Assembly: GCF_964194155.1 (NCBI RefSeq)
Contig: NC_135884.1
Location: forward strand, 100,502,001 to 100,566,000
DNA length: 64,000 nt
Source: Cetorhinus maximus
Taxonomy: Eukaryota
Direction: 5' to 3'
Shown here piece by piece: positions 26,480-39,917 of this stretch. The notes below the pieces were generated by a model, which had not been told where the DNA came from, searched no databases, and saw only the letters and a list, made by a program, of their open reading frames with translations. The translations under genes and the position numbers were made by a program. Within the stretch, counting starts at the first letter, position 1. Every line of letters begins with the position of its first letter.

Positions 26480-26870
26480 GTTGGGGTGTTAAAGTTCTTT
26501 CCCTTTAGTCAGAAGGCGCTGACTTATGCTGTTGTACTGCTCCCTGGGTGCTGACAACACTTGAACACTTTTCCCAAGTAGGCATGCTTCATTTGTGAAT
26601 CTGGATATTGAATGACAGCAGGCTTCATAACTGGGACAGAGGGCCATTACAATTGAATTCTATTCTGTCCTCACTTAATGTCCGTATATATGCGCTTTCT
26701 GGTAGGAGCCACAGAATAGACGTTAAGAGTGGGCAGAGTTTTGGTGTCTCTAGACCACGAATGCTGAGGTTAATTTCTGCCATTGCTACCACCATCCAGG
26801 CTGAGAACAGCTAACTCAACTCAGTTCAGGAATCCAAACTGAGACCCTCACTGTCTATATGACTCACTTG
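26480..26870 (-). mobile_element. Old SINE-like repeat (unclassified)
   Basis: Reverse-complement similarity to 45885-46210 (ctgtcctcac/gtgaggccagg, cagctaact/agttagctg). Confidence 0.45.
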
Positions 26871-27344
26871 CACACTAGAAGAGAATAACTATGTCATCAG
26901 ACTTATTTGTTTTGCTCAACATCACAGATGTGCACATCCACATCTTGTTGAAGAAATGTGACCTTTTAGTTGATTTACAAGTTCACCTTCCTAATTTTTC
27001 CAATTCCTATCTCCAGTAAGTGCTCCACACCCTTCTATTTATAACACATTGCACCCATAATGCAAGCAGTGGTGTGTGTGAGGGTAAGAACAAAAGCAGG
27101 TTATTTTAAGATTTCACATGATGTTCGGTTGTTTGCACATTCCAGTGACATCAAGGATGTGAAGCATGATTCGCCTTTATAGTGCCTCTATTATTAATTT
27201 GTGGTTCTACTATTGTTGATGTAGTGACATTGGATTTAAAGTCATGTATTGTGTAAGGTGAATACCTTTTTTAAAAAAAGAGTATTTGAATAAAATTGGT
27301 CAATCTGCTTTGGTGTAACAAATGATACATTGAAGAATGTGGTG

Positions 27345-27530
27345 TCTTTCTTACCTGCCTTTTCTGCCTTCATGTTGCTATTTCTTCTCTGTTTCTCCTC
27401 TTCTGTTTTGGCTTCTTCCTCTCTCTTTCTCTATTTTTCTATTACCCTCTGTAACACTACTTGCTTTTTGCACTGTCCTTCTTGGCTTCTCTTGCTATAC
27501 TTTTCTTTCATTTGTTTTCCTCTTCCTTTT
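27345..27530. repeat. CT-rich low-complexity tract
   Basis: Pyrimidine-rich run with spurious F/L/S-rich ORFs. Confidence 0.6.
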
Positions 27531-27903
27531 CAATGAGAAATGGCGGATGGTATGACATGGAGCTACCAATGCCTATAGGCTGCATTGGGGGCAACAGCTC
27601 CCTTCCAGTCAATCGTGCTTCTTATCACCCCTTGTCCCCATCGTTTACCTGATGTGCCGACTGAACAGTACTGATGCATTCTAGTAAATGAGGTGCACTG
27701 TACGTGTTCAGACCCACCCCAAAAGAGATTTAATTATAATTGTGCCTCATCCAAAGAGGGTGTTGAGCAGATTCAAACTTACACTGTTATAGCTATGCTC
27801 TGTTTTAAGATTGGTGATGAATGTGTGTGTTTATGGATGTTTTTATTACAAGCTTACATTGAAATGCTCCTGTAGTTGCATTTCATTCCGTGTGGTGTGG
27901 AGG

Positions 27904-28916
27904 TGTCACAAAAACATGCTTTAAACTGAATAATCATTTTTTAATCCACTGGCTAGAAACCCGAATTGAATTTTTGAAAACAGACACTCTTTTAAAACAA
28001 AGAAAGCTACCCAATTTACATCACTGTACCCTTCATGTTCCAATCCACTGAGATGGAGACACCATGTCTACAAAGATCCATCAAGGACAATGCCCTCAGG
28101 AAAATGTGTGTGAGCCATATATCCTGTCCCCATTAGCAAGGCATCAAGGCAAATCAGCTGGGATATTCAACAGTGGATCCCCAGACGTGAACTGATTAAG
28201 TTACAAGGAGGAATATACTAATAACGACCATGTTTGAATCCCTGGGTGGTGGTCATATGACAGACCCACCCTTTGTATGTTTAAGCTTCTGCTTTCTCTG
28301 CAGTAAGAACAAGCAGCTGAGATGCCGATGAGAGAACACCCAGGTGGGGTCCCTCATTCCTTTCTCTTTAACCCCACTTACAAGCTTTTGAATCCTCTTT
28401 ACACACCATGCCCACCTAGAGTTGCTCCTGTTGTAAACAGAGATTTCTTGAACAAAATCAACCCCATACCACCATCTCCAGGTGAACAGTCAAAGCAGCC
28501 ATCTACATCTTAAACCGCCATGATGCCGGAAGCATCGGGACTGCTGAGGGAAAGTCGCAAGACCATCAAATTGAGCCTGGAGCCAGCCAAGTCACCAGTC
28601 TCCATAGATATGTACCCCCTTTATTTCACTGGACTCTAATTTGATTAATTTATCCTTCCCCACTCTAATCTATTTGTGTGTATGAGAAAGTTGGTGCATA
28701 TTTTATTACTTAGATTGGGTTAAGTATACTGTTATAAAGCTAAGTCTTTCTTTGTTAAAACTCAAGAAAACCTGTCTGGACCTTTTGTGATCACCACATG
28801 TAAATCATTAAATGCTCTGAATTGGCAAGCATACCCTTTTCAAAAAAACTTGTTGCAGTCGACTGGTGAGAGAGAAAGAGGGGAGCCAACCAACCCCTCC
28901 TCACTTGATCATAACA
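27904..28916 (+). mobile_element. Probable LTR of a Gypsy-type element
   Basis: TGTCAC...ATAACA termini; purine-rich ggtgtggagg immediately upstream (PPT-like); about 1 kb and non-coding. No TSD found. Confidence 0.5.
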
Positions 28917-30433
28917 AATATATTTAATCATGTTATTGTGGAAAGTAACTTTTAAAAATATATTTTGTTCAAAACTTAGTTTGGATATGGAATAATTGAG
29001 AAAAAATGAGATCAGAATTTTTTAGATGAAAAATTATCAGAAAACATTTTTGAGTAAAAGCCAGCTTCAATTAAATTATGACAAGTTCACATAGGCAAAG
29101 GCTGTTATAAGTGTGAACATAATTTATAGAAGGGAAAAATTTGACATAAAATGCAACAGCAGGAAGTAAGGTTTCCTGGTTAGGTTTGTTTTAGAAACAT
29201 AGATGTAGACTAACTCCTAGTCCAACCCCCTCATCTCTCCAACTCATTGACAGCAGGGCAATGTCACTTTCTGATATGGTGAACAGTCATACACGTAAAA
29301 TTGGATTTCAACTCTGCACAAGGTTTGTTGATCTCTTGCAATTGGCTGCAGACAGGAGAAATCAACCATGCTTCCAGGTAATTGGTGTCCAGTGGAGACT
29401 GAAAGGTGTTTAGTTAGCCAAAGAATCTGCTGATACACGTGAAGAACAACTAGTTGAATGAGGTTAGAGGATTGATATCACACTTAGACCTATACCTAGC
29501 AAGAGTCAGCACTTTTCAGAAGGTAAGGGATAAAACTGCCAAAACAAATACTTTGGAAGTGACATATTGTTCAATTATTTCATGTAATTAACTAACCAGA
29601 ATAGCTAATTTTTAACTTTAATTGAGAATGGGTTTCAGTTTGATTATTGTGTTCAATTACAGGAATCCATGGGTATGTGGAACTAATGGATAACTCTACC
29701 AAAGAACCAGAATTGACACAATGGACTGATAGCCTCATTCTGTGTTATATCATTCTATGAAAAGCTCTTAATGACCAGCTATATTGGGTCATGTGAGCTG
29801 AATGGATGACAGCTGCATTCCCAAAGACATGCTCTGTCTTTCTCAGAATTAAACAGATAGTTTTAAGTAAAAGAGTTCAGAAAATCTGACATTCCTAACA
29901 CCACCCAGTGAGACTTGGAAACTAACAGTCATCACAGATGGTCTTGCCATTGTCTGCAGGTGTGAACATCTTGCACCTTCTTTCCAGTAAGACAAATCTG
30001 GTCTCTACTTTAACCTTTAACAACCAAGCCACCCTGGCTTACCGCTGGGCAGAACCCAGAGTAGGTCCCATGATCCTCCATTTCACCTTAAACTGACAGT
30101 TCTAAAACATAACAATCTTATAAACCTCTTACTTGTAATAGTTTCATCTCCTTGCCTGTTCTTTGGATATATTGGATGCAGTCTGAATGTGAGCTCTCAG
30201 TCGACTTAATTACAATGGAACAATCACCACAAATTCCCTGCAGCCTTGGAATAAAGCAAGATCTAACTTTGTTGTATCCGCTGTGTAATGTATAATTCAT
30301 ATTGACTTTGATTTGACCCTTATTAAAATACAAAAATAAGGTGAAATCATGTTTATTGATTTTTTTGTTGTGGTCATTTGGTGATTGCTGTTTCTTTTTA
30401 TTTGTTTATCTCAACGTCAATTGTAACAAAAAT

Positions 30434-30451
30434 TGGGGGCTCATCTGGGAT
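30434..30451 (+). other. Primer binding site, tRNA-Pro
   Basis: TGGGGGCTCATCTGGGAT versus canonical PBS-Pro TGGGGGCTCGTCCGGGAT (two CpG-type transitions), 5 nt after the LTR-terminal CA. Confidence 0.85.
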
Positions 30452-30548
30452 ACAAATTGTTTTGAAATTAGTTCACTGTAACTCTCCAGAATTCAAACAA
30501 ACAGTATTTCACTTTTGCTCTCGCTGTATTCTTGCTGTGTAAATTGGC

Positions 30549-31575
30549 ATGAGTACTATTGATGTACAAGCATTTGTTAAGAGAGAAGATTTGTCTTTCA
30601 TTATGTTGCAAGAAAAGTTATTTGCCGTAGCAGAGCATATGGGTGTCAGTGTTAGACCAGGAACTGAGAAAGCAGAGATCAGTCAAGAATTGGCTAGTCA
30701 CATGAAGCTCAAGAAAGCAATGGACATTTCTGTTAGTGTTCAAGTAAAACTAACCAGAGTTGAATTGAGAACTTGAAATGGAGCACAGTTCAAATTATGC
30801 AAACTTAAATTGAAGATAAAAGTACAATAATACAGCGAAAACACCCCTTGGCTTTGATTTGGCAAAGAATATTCATTTGTTACCTAAATTTAATAGGAAT
30901 GAGTTGAAACATACTCTGCGTCATTTGAGAAAATTTCCAAGTGTTTGAATTGGCCTGAAATTTTTTGGACTATACTTCTATAGTGTTTTTATAGTTAAAC
31001 TTTGGATGTGCACTTATTTTCCTAAGAGGAGCACTCAAATAGCTATGACAGAGTAAGGACTGCTGTTCTCGATGCTTATGAGTTGGTACCAGAGCCTAAG
31101 ATAGAAATTTGAAAAGTAAACAGGGCAAGACCTATGTGGAATTTTCTAGAGAGAAAGAAATGGTATTAAGTAGATGGTATAGATTGATGAAGGTTTCAAA
31201 AGATTTTGAGAGCCTTAGGGAAGTGTTTCTGATGGAAGAATTCAAAAATAGCATCCCTTTGGGAATAAGGCCCCACCTGGAAGAACATAAAGTTTGTAAA
31301 ATAAAGGAATTCACAGTAGTGGCACATGATTATGAATTGATAGAAAGGCATATTAGTAAGAGGCCAGTTTGGAAATTCCTATAGAAATTGGAGAGATAAG
31401 AGGTTTGATATTGAAAGGAAATTTGGCTCTAAGGAGGAAAATGGCCAAGGTGAAGATACAGGCACTCTTCAGAGTAGTAAAAGTGACAATTCAGAGGACA
31501 GGTTTGGTTTGAGGGGACTGACATGTTCTTTCTTATGACAATAATGCCATGTAAAGGATGAATGTTGGAACTTGA
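30549..31575 (+). pseudogene. Gmr1 gag (SCAN-related capsid plus degenerate zinc knuckle)
   Basis: TYVEFSREKEMVLSRW...FESLREVFLMEEFKNSIP...HLEE; C-x...H-x4-C remnant near 31525-31570; multiple stops and frameshifts. Confidence 0.7.
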
Positions 31576-32279
31576 AAAACAAGCCTATCACATTTGTACA
31601 GTCAAATTGTGTCCCTCCAGAAAATAGTGTCATAGCAGATAAAGTTAAGCAGGTAATTTCTTGCACATTCACTGATAGAGTGAATGAGGTTGCAGAAAGC
31701 TATAGAAGTTGTGTGTTTGATGGTGAACTAACTTCACATTCGTCTGATGAGGCAGGCAAGGCAGTTATTACCCTTAGGGATATAGGGGTGACACAGTTAC
31801 TAATGTTAGCAGGTGACGTGAATTTCCCTCCATATGGTTCAATGAATGTGAAGGTAGTGCATGGCATTGCTGGTTATTTACCCATTCCTTTGTATAGGGT
31901 TGATTTGAAATTTGACTGACTCATTGCTCCTGTTACCATTGGTATTATTCCTAATTTGCCTATTAGAGGTGTGGATTTTTTTGCGAGGGAATTACTTGGC
32001 TGGGGATAAGGTGTTGGCATTTCCAAAGCCAGCTGAGGCTGAGGTTTTGCAGGAAGAATTTCCCAGAATGTTCCCAGGTTGTGTTGTGACTAGGATTCAA
32101 CTCATAGGGCTAAGCAGGATGAGGTGGTTTCAGTTGTCGTACAGACCACTCAGTAGTTTGGTTGGTTGAAACCTTTTTCAAGGATTTGGATGGGGATTTC
32201 GCTGCTGAAGGTTCCAAGGGTAACAATGGTAAATTGCTTAGCAGAATTTCCTTGGTTGAGGCACAACAGGCAGACCCTG

Positions 32280-33460
32280 ACATGAGTTTTTCTCAGGTGG
32301 CATATTCTGAGGCAGAGGCTGGAAAGGTCCATGAGTGTTATTGTGTCAAAAATGGCATTTCGATGAGGAAGTGGAGACTTCCCCAGAGGCCAGCTGATGA
32401 GGCTCAAATTGTTGTCCCTCCTTGTTACCGCAATGAGATTTTGAGGATTGCCCATGAGATTCCAGTCGCAGGTCATTTGGATATTCGGAAGACTTAGGCT
32501 AGGATAATGACGCATTTTTATTGGCTGAAGTTGCACAAGGATGTGGTTGACTTTTGTAAAACGTTACACATGTCAGGTTGGGAAGCCACAACCTTCGATA
32601 AAGACCGCTCCATTAATGCTGATACCTGCATTTAATGAACTGTTTAGTAGGGTTATTGTGGATTGTGTTGGACCCTTGGCTAAGACTAAACCAGGTCATA
32701 AGTATCTTTTGACAATCATGCATTTATCCACTCGATTTCCAGAGGCAATATCGTTGAAAAAGATCATGGTGAAAGTTGTGATTGAGGCATTGGTTCACAT
32801 TTTCACTTGATGTAGTTTGCCAAATGACATTTGGTTTGACCAGGGGTCAAATTTCATGTCAGGTGTTTCAGAAGATCATGTTTGAGTTAGGAGTGAAGCA
32901 ACTCGTGTCGTCTGCATATCACCTGCAATCCCAAGGTGCTCTGGAGAGATATCAACAGACCCTAAAGAGTATGATTAGGGTGTATAGTGATGAGTTTCTT
33001 GAAGATAGGGATAAAGGATATCTTGCTTGTTATTTGTGACAAGGGACATGCCAAATAAGTCTCTTGATTTCATGCTATTTGAATTGGTCTTTGGCCATGA
33101 TGTTAGGGATCTGCTTAAGCTCAGTAAGGAAAGATTTTTGACACAAGATGGTGAACTTAACCCCCTGAATTGTGTGTCAAAGTTTCGGGAAAACCTCTTA
33201 AAAGCTTGTGTGGTGGCTAGAGAATATCTTAAGGCTTCTCAGGAAATGACAAAAGCACAACCAGACAAAACAGCCAAGGTACATAATTTTAAACCAGGGG
33301 ATAAGGTGCTAGTCTTGCTGCCTTTGCCTGGCAAGCCATTGAAAGCTAGGTTTAGTGGACCCTATTGCATCAAAAGAGACTCAGTGATGTAAACTATGTG
33401 GTTAGTATCCCAGATAGTCAAAAGAGTATATCATGTAAACATGCTGAAAAGGTATTATGA
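32280..33460 (+). pseudogene. Gypsy integrase located upstream of RT
   Basis: HEIPVAGHL (HHCC zinc finger), VIVDCVGPL..YLLTIM..STRFPEAI (DDE core), AYHLQSQGALER, RFSGPY (GPY/F module); frameshifted. Confidence 0.85.
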
Positions 33461-33584
33461 GCATGAACACAATCAACCCATAAGCATGGGAATAATGATG
33501 AACTGGATGATGAGTCTGAGACTAAACTTTCTCAGATTGAGCCTTCAAATGTGAAACTGTCAGTTCATGTTGGACAATGATATA

Positions 33585-34218
33585 CTTGTCCAACAGGTAT
33601 GAGGTACTTGCTCCCTGTGTGGATGAGGAACAGGGCTCTAGGGAGGATGAGCCAGCTGACCACGGCACCGTGGCGCAGGAGGCCATTCAAGAGGGGGGAG
33701 CAAAATGACAAGTGGTAGTTGTAGGGGATTCTATAATTAGGGGAATTGATAGCATCCTTTGTAAACAGGATCGAGAGTCCCGCATGGTATGTTGCCTGCC
33801 CGGTGCCAGTGTGAGGGACATCTCTGACCGGCTTGAAAGGATATTGGAGAGGGAGGGGGAGGATCCAGTTGTTGTGGTCCACGTCGGGACAAATAACATA
33901 GGTAAGACTAGGAAAGAGGACCTGTTTGGGGATTATCAGGAACTATGAACTAAATTAAAGAACAGGTCCTCAAGGGTTATAATCTCTGGGTTACTACCCG
34001 AGCCACGTGCAAATTGGCATAGGGACATGAGAATAAGGGAAGTAAACACATGGCTAAAGGAGTAGTGCGGGAAAGAGGGGTTCCATTTCGTGGGGCACTG
34101 GCATCAGTATTGGAACAGGAGGGATCTGTACCGTTGGGACAGTCTCCACCTGAACCGATCTGGGACCAATGTTTTAGCGAAAAGGGTACATAGGGTGGTC
34201 AACAGGACTTTAAACTAG
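33585..34218 (+). pseudogene. CR1 ORF1 SGNH/GDSL esterase domain
   Basis: VVVGDSIIRG, CCLPGA, VVVHVGTNNIG and a D-x-x-H-like DSLHLN motif; internal stops. Confidence 0.85.
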
Positions 34219-34291
34219 AAAGTGGGGATGGGGGGGGGAAGGGTAAATCTCCAAGAAGTATGACTAATGGGAAACAAAGCAACAGGTTAGT

Positions 34292-37283
34292 GTGTGGGGG
34301 GGGGGGGTGGATTCAACTTCATGGAAAATTATGAAAAAACTGAAAAGAGAGGAGATCCCAGGAGAGACTTTTAACATCCCCAGAACACAAAATAGGACAG
34401 AGTGTTTGGAAAGGGCTAGGAATCTAACTTCAAGCACATCAGATAAAGGGACAATAATGAGAAAGGGGACAGGAAATACAGGACTGAAGGTGTTGTATCT
34501 GAATGCACGCAGTATACGAAATAAGGTAAATGAGCTTGTGGCGCAGATTGAAATTGGCAGGTATGATGTGGTGGGCATCATGGAGACATGGCTGCAAGGG
34601 AATCAGGACTGGGAGATAAATATCCAAGGATATACATCCTATCGAAAAGATAGGCAGGTTGGCAAAGGGGGTGGGGTTGCTTTGTTAGTGAGAAATTAAA
34701 TTAAATTGATAGCAAGAAATGACGTAGGGTCAGATGATGTGGAATCTGTGTGGGTAGAGTTGAGGAACCGCAAAGGTAAAAAAACCATAATGGGAGTTAT
34801 GTACAGGCCTCCGAACAGTAGTCAGGATGTGGGGCACAAGATACACCAGGAGATAGAAAAGGCGTGTAAGAAAGGCAAGGTTACAGTGATCATGGGGGAT
34901 TTCAATATGCAAGTAGACTGGGAAAATCAGATTGGTAGTGGATCCCAAGAAAAGGAATTTGTAGAATGTCTACGAGATGGCTTTTTGGAGCAGCTTGTGG
35001 TGGAGCCCACTAGGGAACAGGCAATTCTAGATCTAGTGATGTGTAATGAGGCAGATTTGACAAGAGAGCTTAAGGTGAAGGAACCCTTAGAAGGAAGTGA
35101 CCATAATATGATAGAATTTACCCTGCAATTTGAGAGGAAAAAGCTGGAATCAGATGTAATGGTATTACAGTTGAATAAAGGCAACTACAGAGGCATGAGG
35201 GAGGAACTGGCCAGAATTGACTGGGAGATGAGCCTAGCAGGAAAGACAGTGGAACAGCAATGGCAGGAGTTTCTGGGAGTAATTTGGGGGAGACAACAAA
35301 AATTCATCCCTAGGAAGAAGAAGCATACTAAAGGGAAGACGAGGCAACCATGGCTGACAAGGGAAGTCAGGGACAGCATAAAAGCTAAAGAGAAAGCATA
35401 CAATGTGGCGAAGAGCAGTGGGAAACCAGGGGATTGGGAAGCCTACAAAGACCAACAGAGGACAACTAAAAAAAAAAATAAGGAGGGAGAAGATTAAATA
35501 TGAGGGTAAACTAGCCAGTAATATAAAAGAAGATTGCAAGAGTTTTTTTAAGATATATAAAGGGTAAGAGAGAGGCAAAAGTGGACATTGGGCCACTGGA
35601 AAGTGACGCTGGAGAAGTAGTAGTGGGGAACAAAGAAATGGTGGAGGAACTGAATAGGTACTTTGCGTCAGTCTTCACGGTGGAAGACACGAGTAACATC
35701 CCCAAAGTTCAAGAGAGTCGTGGGGCAGAGGTGAGTATGGTGGCCATTACCAAGGAGAAGGTGCTAGGAAAACTGAAAGGTCTGAAGGTGGATAAATCGC
35801 CTGGACCAGATGGATTACACCCCAGAGTTCTGAAGGAGATAGCTGAAGAGATAGTGGAGGCATTAGTGGTGATCTTTCAGGAATCACTGGAGTCAGGGAG
35901 GGTCCCAGAGGACTGGAAAATCGCTAATGTAACTCCCCTGTTTAAGAAGGGAGTGAGGCAAAAGACGGGAAATTATAGGCCGATTAGCCTGACCTCGGTC
36001 GTTGGTAAGATTTTAGAGTCCATTATTAAGGATGAGATTTCAGAATACTTGGAAGTGCAAGGTAAAATAGGGCAAAGTCAGCATGATTTCATCAAGGGGA
36101 GGTCATGCCTGACAAATCTGTTAGAATTCTTTGAGGAGGTAACGAGTAGGTTAGACAAAGGAGAGCCAATGGATGTTATCTACTTGGACTTCCAGAAGGC
36201 CTTTGACAAGGTGCCGCACAGGAGGCTGCTCAGTAAGATAAGAGCCCATGGTTTTAGAGGCAGGGTATTAGCATGGATAGAAGATTGGCTGTCTGGCAGG
36301 AGGCAGAGAGTGGGGATAAGGGGGTCCGTCTTAGGATGGCGGCCTGTGACTAGTGGAGTTCCGCAGGGGTCAGTGTTGGGACCACAACTTTTCACTTTAT
36401 ACATTAATGATCTAGATGAAGGAACTGAGGGCATCCTGGCTAAGTTTGCAGATGATACAAAGATAGGTGGAGGGACAGGTAGTATTGAAGAGGCAGGGAG
36501 GCTGCAGAAGGATTTGGACAGGTTAGGAGAATGGGCAAAGAAGTGGCAGATGGAATACAACGTGGGGAAGTGTGAGGTCATGCACTTTGGTAGGAAGAAT
36601 AGAGGCATAGACTATTTTCTAAATGGGGAGAGAATTCAGAAATCTGGAGTGCAAAGGGACTTGGGAGTCCTAGTCCAGGATTCTCTTAAGGTTAACTTGC
36701 AGGTTGAGTCGGTAGTTAAGAAGGCAAATGCAATGTTGGCATTTATTTCGAGAGGACTATAATATAAAAGCAGGGATGTGCTGCTGAGGCTTTATAAGAC
36801 TCTGGTCAGACCACATTTAGAATATTGTGAGCAATTTTGGGCCCCGTATCTCAGGAAGGATGTTCTGACTCTGGAGAGGGTCCGGAGGAGGTTCACGAGA
36901 ATGATCCCAGGAATGAAAGGCTTAACATATGAAGAACATTTGAGGACTCTGGGTCTATACTCGATTAAGTTTAGAAGGATGAGGGGGATCTGATTGAAAC
37001 TAATAGAATACTGAAAGGCCTGGATAGAGTGGATGTGGGGAAGTTGTTTCCATTAGTAGGAGAGACTAGGACCAGAGGGCACAGCCTCAGAGTAAAGGGA
37101 AGACCTTTTAGAACAGAGATGAGGAGAAACTTCTTTAGCCAGAGTGTGGTGAATCTATGGAATTCATTGCCACAGAGGGCTGTGGAGGCCAGGTCATTGA
37201 GTGTATTTAAGACCGAGATAGATAGGTTCTTGATTGGAAAGGGGACCAAAGGTTATGGGGAGAAGGCGGGAGAATGGGGTTGA
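34292..37283 (+). pseudogene. CR1 ORF2 APE endonuclease plus reverse transcriptase
   Basis: YLNARS, ETWL, GDFN, SDH; NYRPISLTS, DFQKAFDKV, GVPQGSVLGP, FADD. Stops at 34697 and 36760; frameshifts in the A-run near 35470 and the G-run near 36985. Confidence 0.93.
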
Positions 37284-37361
37284 GAAACTTATCAGCCATG
37301 ATTGAATGGTGGAGCAGACTCGATGGGCCGAATGGCCTAATTTCTGCTCCTATGTCTTATA

Positions 37362-38479
37362 ATTGAACACAGTCAGAGTAGCTGGAGTTCCCTTACCATG
37401 TGATACCAAAACCAGGTGGGTCTCAAATGTTCTATATGATGACCCAAAGGTTAATGAAGTAACTAAGACAGATTCCTATCTGATTCCAAGGCTATAACAT
37501 TGTACTGATAGGGTGGGGAAGTTGGCCTTTGTTAGTAAGATCAATTTGCTCAAAGGATATTGGCAAGTACCTTTGATCGACCAAGACAATAAAGATTCTG
37601 CTTTTGTGATATCAGATGGGCTGCTTCAGTGTAAAGTAATGCCATTCAGTATGAAAATGCACCAACAACATTTCAGAGACTGACAAATCAAGGAATTGCT
37701 GGGCTGAGTAATTGTGTGGTGTACATGTATAATGATACTTGGGGTGACCATCTCAAGGATCTGAAAGCTCTGTTTGACAGGCTGGCCAAAGCTAACCTTG
37801 TCATAAACCTGGCAAAGAGTGAGTTGACCAAGGCCAGTTATCTGGGATATGTCGAGGTGAAGTGTTGCCATGAGAAGCCAAGGTTCAAGTAATAATAGAC
37901 TTTCCTGTACCCAAAACAAAAAGATTTCTTGGTATGTGTGGGTTCTACAGGAAATTTGTTCCCAAATTCAGCACGTGGTAGCCCCATTGATGAACCTAAT
38001 GAAGAAAAACATGAAGTTTGTGTGATCAGAGTCATGCCAATGGGCATCTGAGAAGTTGGAGGCCGTTTGATAAATGAGCCAGTTCCTACAGCCCCAGATT
38101 TTAGCAAGCCAATCAAGGTGGCTTTTGATGTTAGTGATGTAGGGGTGGAAGTGATGCTGCTCAAGATGATGATCTGGTATGGAGCAGCCAGTTAGATTCT
38201 TCTTAAAAAGCTTAATAAGCATCAAAGAATATACTCAACTGTTGAGAAAGAGACTTTAAGTCTCATATTGGCTCTTCAACAGTTTGAGATGTTTGTTACA
38301 AACAACAATGGGAAATGCTAATCTATACAGACCACAACCTGTTTGTGTTCTTGGAAAAGTTCAAAAGAAAGAACCGAATGCTGTTTCATTGGAGTTTGAT
38401 GCTTCAACCATTTGCACTAAAAAGTATACATGTTGCAGGCAAAAACAATGTGATTGCTGATGCTCTGTCAAGAGTTTAA
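37362..38479 (+). pseudogene. Gypsy RT and RNase H remnants
   Basis: IEHSQSSWSS, KTDSYLIPR, LLKGYWQVPL; DVSDVGV, YSTVEKETLSLILALQQFE, HVAGKNNVIADALSRV-stop. Confidence 0.85.
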
Positions 38480-39251
38480 ATAACGAATGTTGAACAGGAA
38501 AGCTTTGATATGTGATGATTTTATAATGTTTGAATCATGCTGATCTTGATTGTCAGGTTTGATTTGTTTTTGCCATTGGTTAAGCCTTTCTGATCTGGTA
38601 AATAGCCAGAGGTTGATCAGTTTCAAGATATATATGATTGTTGCATGTGAAAATATGTGTGGTAAAGAAAACTTTACTATGGTAAAGCTTTATTTTTCCC
38701 AAGGGGAGAAGTGTGATAAAACTCCATATTGTTAGTACCTATGCTACAAACCCATGTAGCCAATGTGCAAATAAATGTACACACCAGCAATTTGGTTTCA
38801 GTAGGTATAACAAGGATTAGAAAAGAGATGTTCTGGTTGCAAATAGAGGTCCTTCTACCTTACCTTGAAACCTTGATTCAGATCATTGGACGACTCTAAA
38901 ATCTGGTGCTTTAATGTTATAATAAATATTACAATAATTTTTTAAAAGACAAGGAGGTAGTGAGCTCTCAGCATTCGGTTGGTATCCTTATAGTACTTAG
39001 AGGCTATGGTGGAGACTTTCCCCTTTGGTGATTATATTGAAGAAAAACCATCGTCATCAGAATATTTGTCAGCTAGTGAAGTTTGTTTAGGATACCTTCC
39101 TTTTATGTGGACATTGACATTCATCTGCAGCTGTTAATACTTCTGGATTGGGAAATCTGTTTGGGTGGGAGCTGAGTGCCATTTTTGAAGATTTGACTGG
39201 GGAATAGTAGTGGTGGCATTCAATATTTTGTGTCTTTGGAACTTTGGACAC

Positions 39252-39917
39252 CAGCAACTTCCTGGGGGTTACAATTGACCAGAAACTGAACTGGACTAGT
39301 CACATAATTACTATGGCTACAAGAGCAGGTCAGAGGCTAGGAATCCTGCAGCGAGTAACTCACCTCCTGACTCCCCAAAGCCTGTCCACTATCTACAAGG
39401 CACAAATCAGACATATGTGGAATACTCTCCGCGTGCCTGGATGAGTGCAGCTCCAACAACACTCGAGAAACATGACAGCATCCAGGACAAAGCAGCCTGC
39501 TTGATTGGCACCCCATCCATCACCTTCAACATCCACTCCCTCTACCACCGATGCACAGTGGCAGCAATGTGTACCATCTACAAGATGCACTGCAGAAACT
39601 CACTAAGGCTCCTTAGGCAGCACCTTCCAAACCCGTGACCTCTACCACCTAGAACGATAAGGGCAGCAGACACATGGGAACACCACCACCTGAAAGTACC
39701 CCTCCAAGCCACACGCCATCCTGACTTGGAAATATATCACCTTTCCTTCACTGTCGCTGGGTCAAAATCCTGGAATTCCATCTCTAACTGCACTGTGGGT
39801 GTACCTAAATACATGAACTGCAGCAGTTCAAGAAAGCAGCTCAAGGGCAATTAGAGTTGGACAATAAATGCTGGCCTAGCCAGTGAAGCCCACATCCCAT
39901 GAAAGAACTTAAAAAAA
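39252..39917 (+). mobile_element. Family B LINE 3' fragment
   Basis: GVTIDQKLNWTSHI..., MEYSPRAWMSAAPTTL and the shared tail. Confidence 0.85.

Larger units (their letters stand above)
33585..37357 (+). mobile_element. Young near-complete CR1 LINE nested in Gypsy pol
   Basis: Truncated ORF1 esterase, ORF2 EN-RT and tail. tata at 33581-33584 and 37358-37361; the host frame reads MLDNDI|IEHSQSSWSS across the insertion. Confidence 0.93.
29600..38740 (+). mobile_element. Degenerate Gmr1-type Gypsy LTR retrotransposon (gag-PR-IN-RT-RH)
   Basis: 5' LTR end TGTAACA at 30428 (LTR start uncertain); PBS; gag from 30549; protease LRDIG; integrase; RT/RNase H to 38479; PPT aaggggagaag at 38701-38711 followed by TG at 38712. 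Confidence 0.85.

Noticed and set aside
35581-36762. 393-aa RT ORF as a host or domesticated gene
   Set aside because: Fragment of a disrupted CR1 ORF2 with flanking stops and frameshifts.
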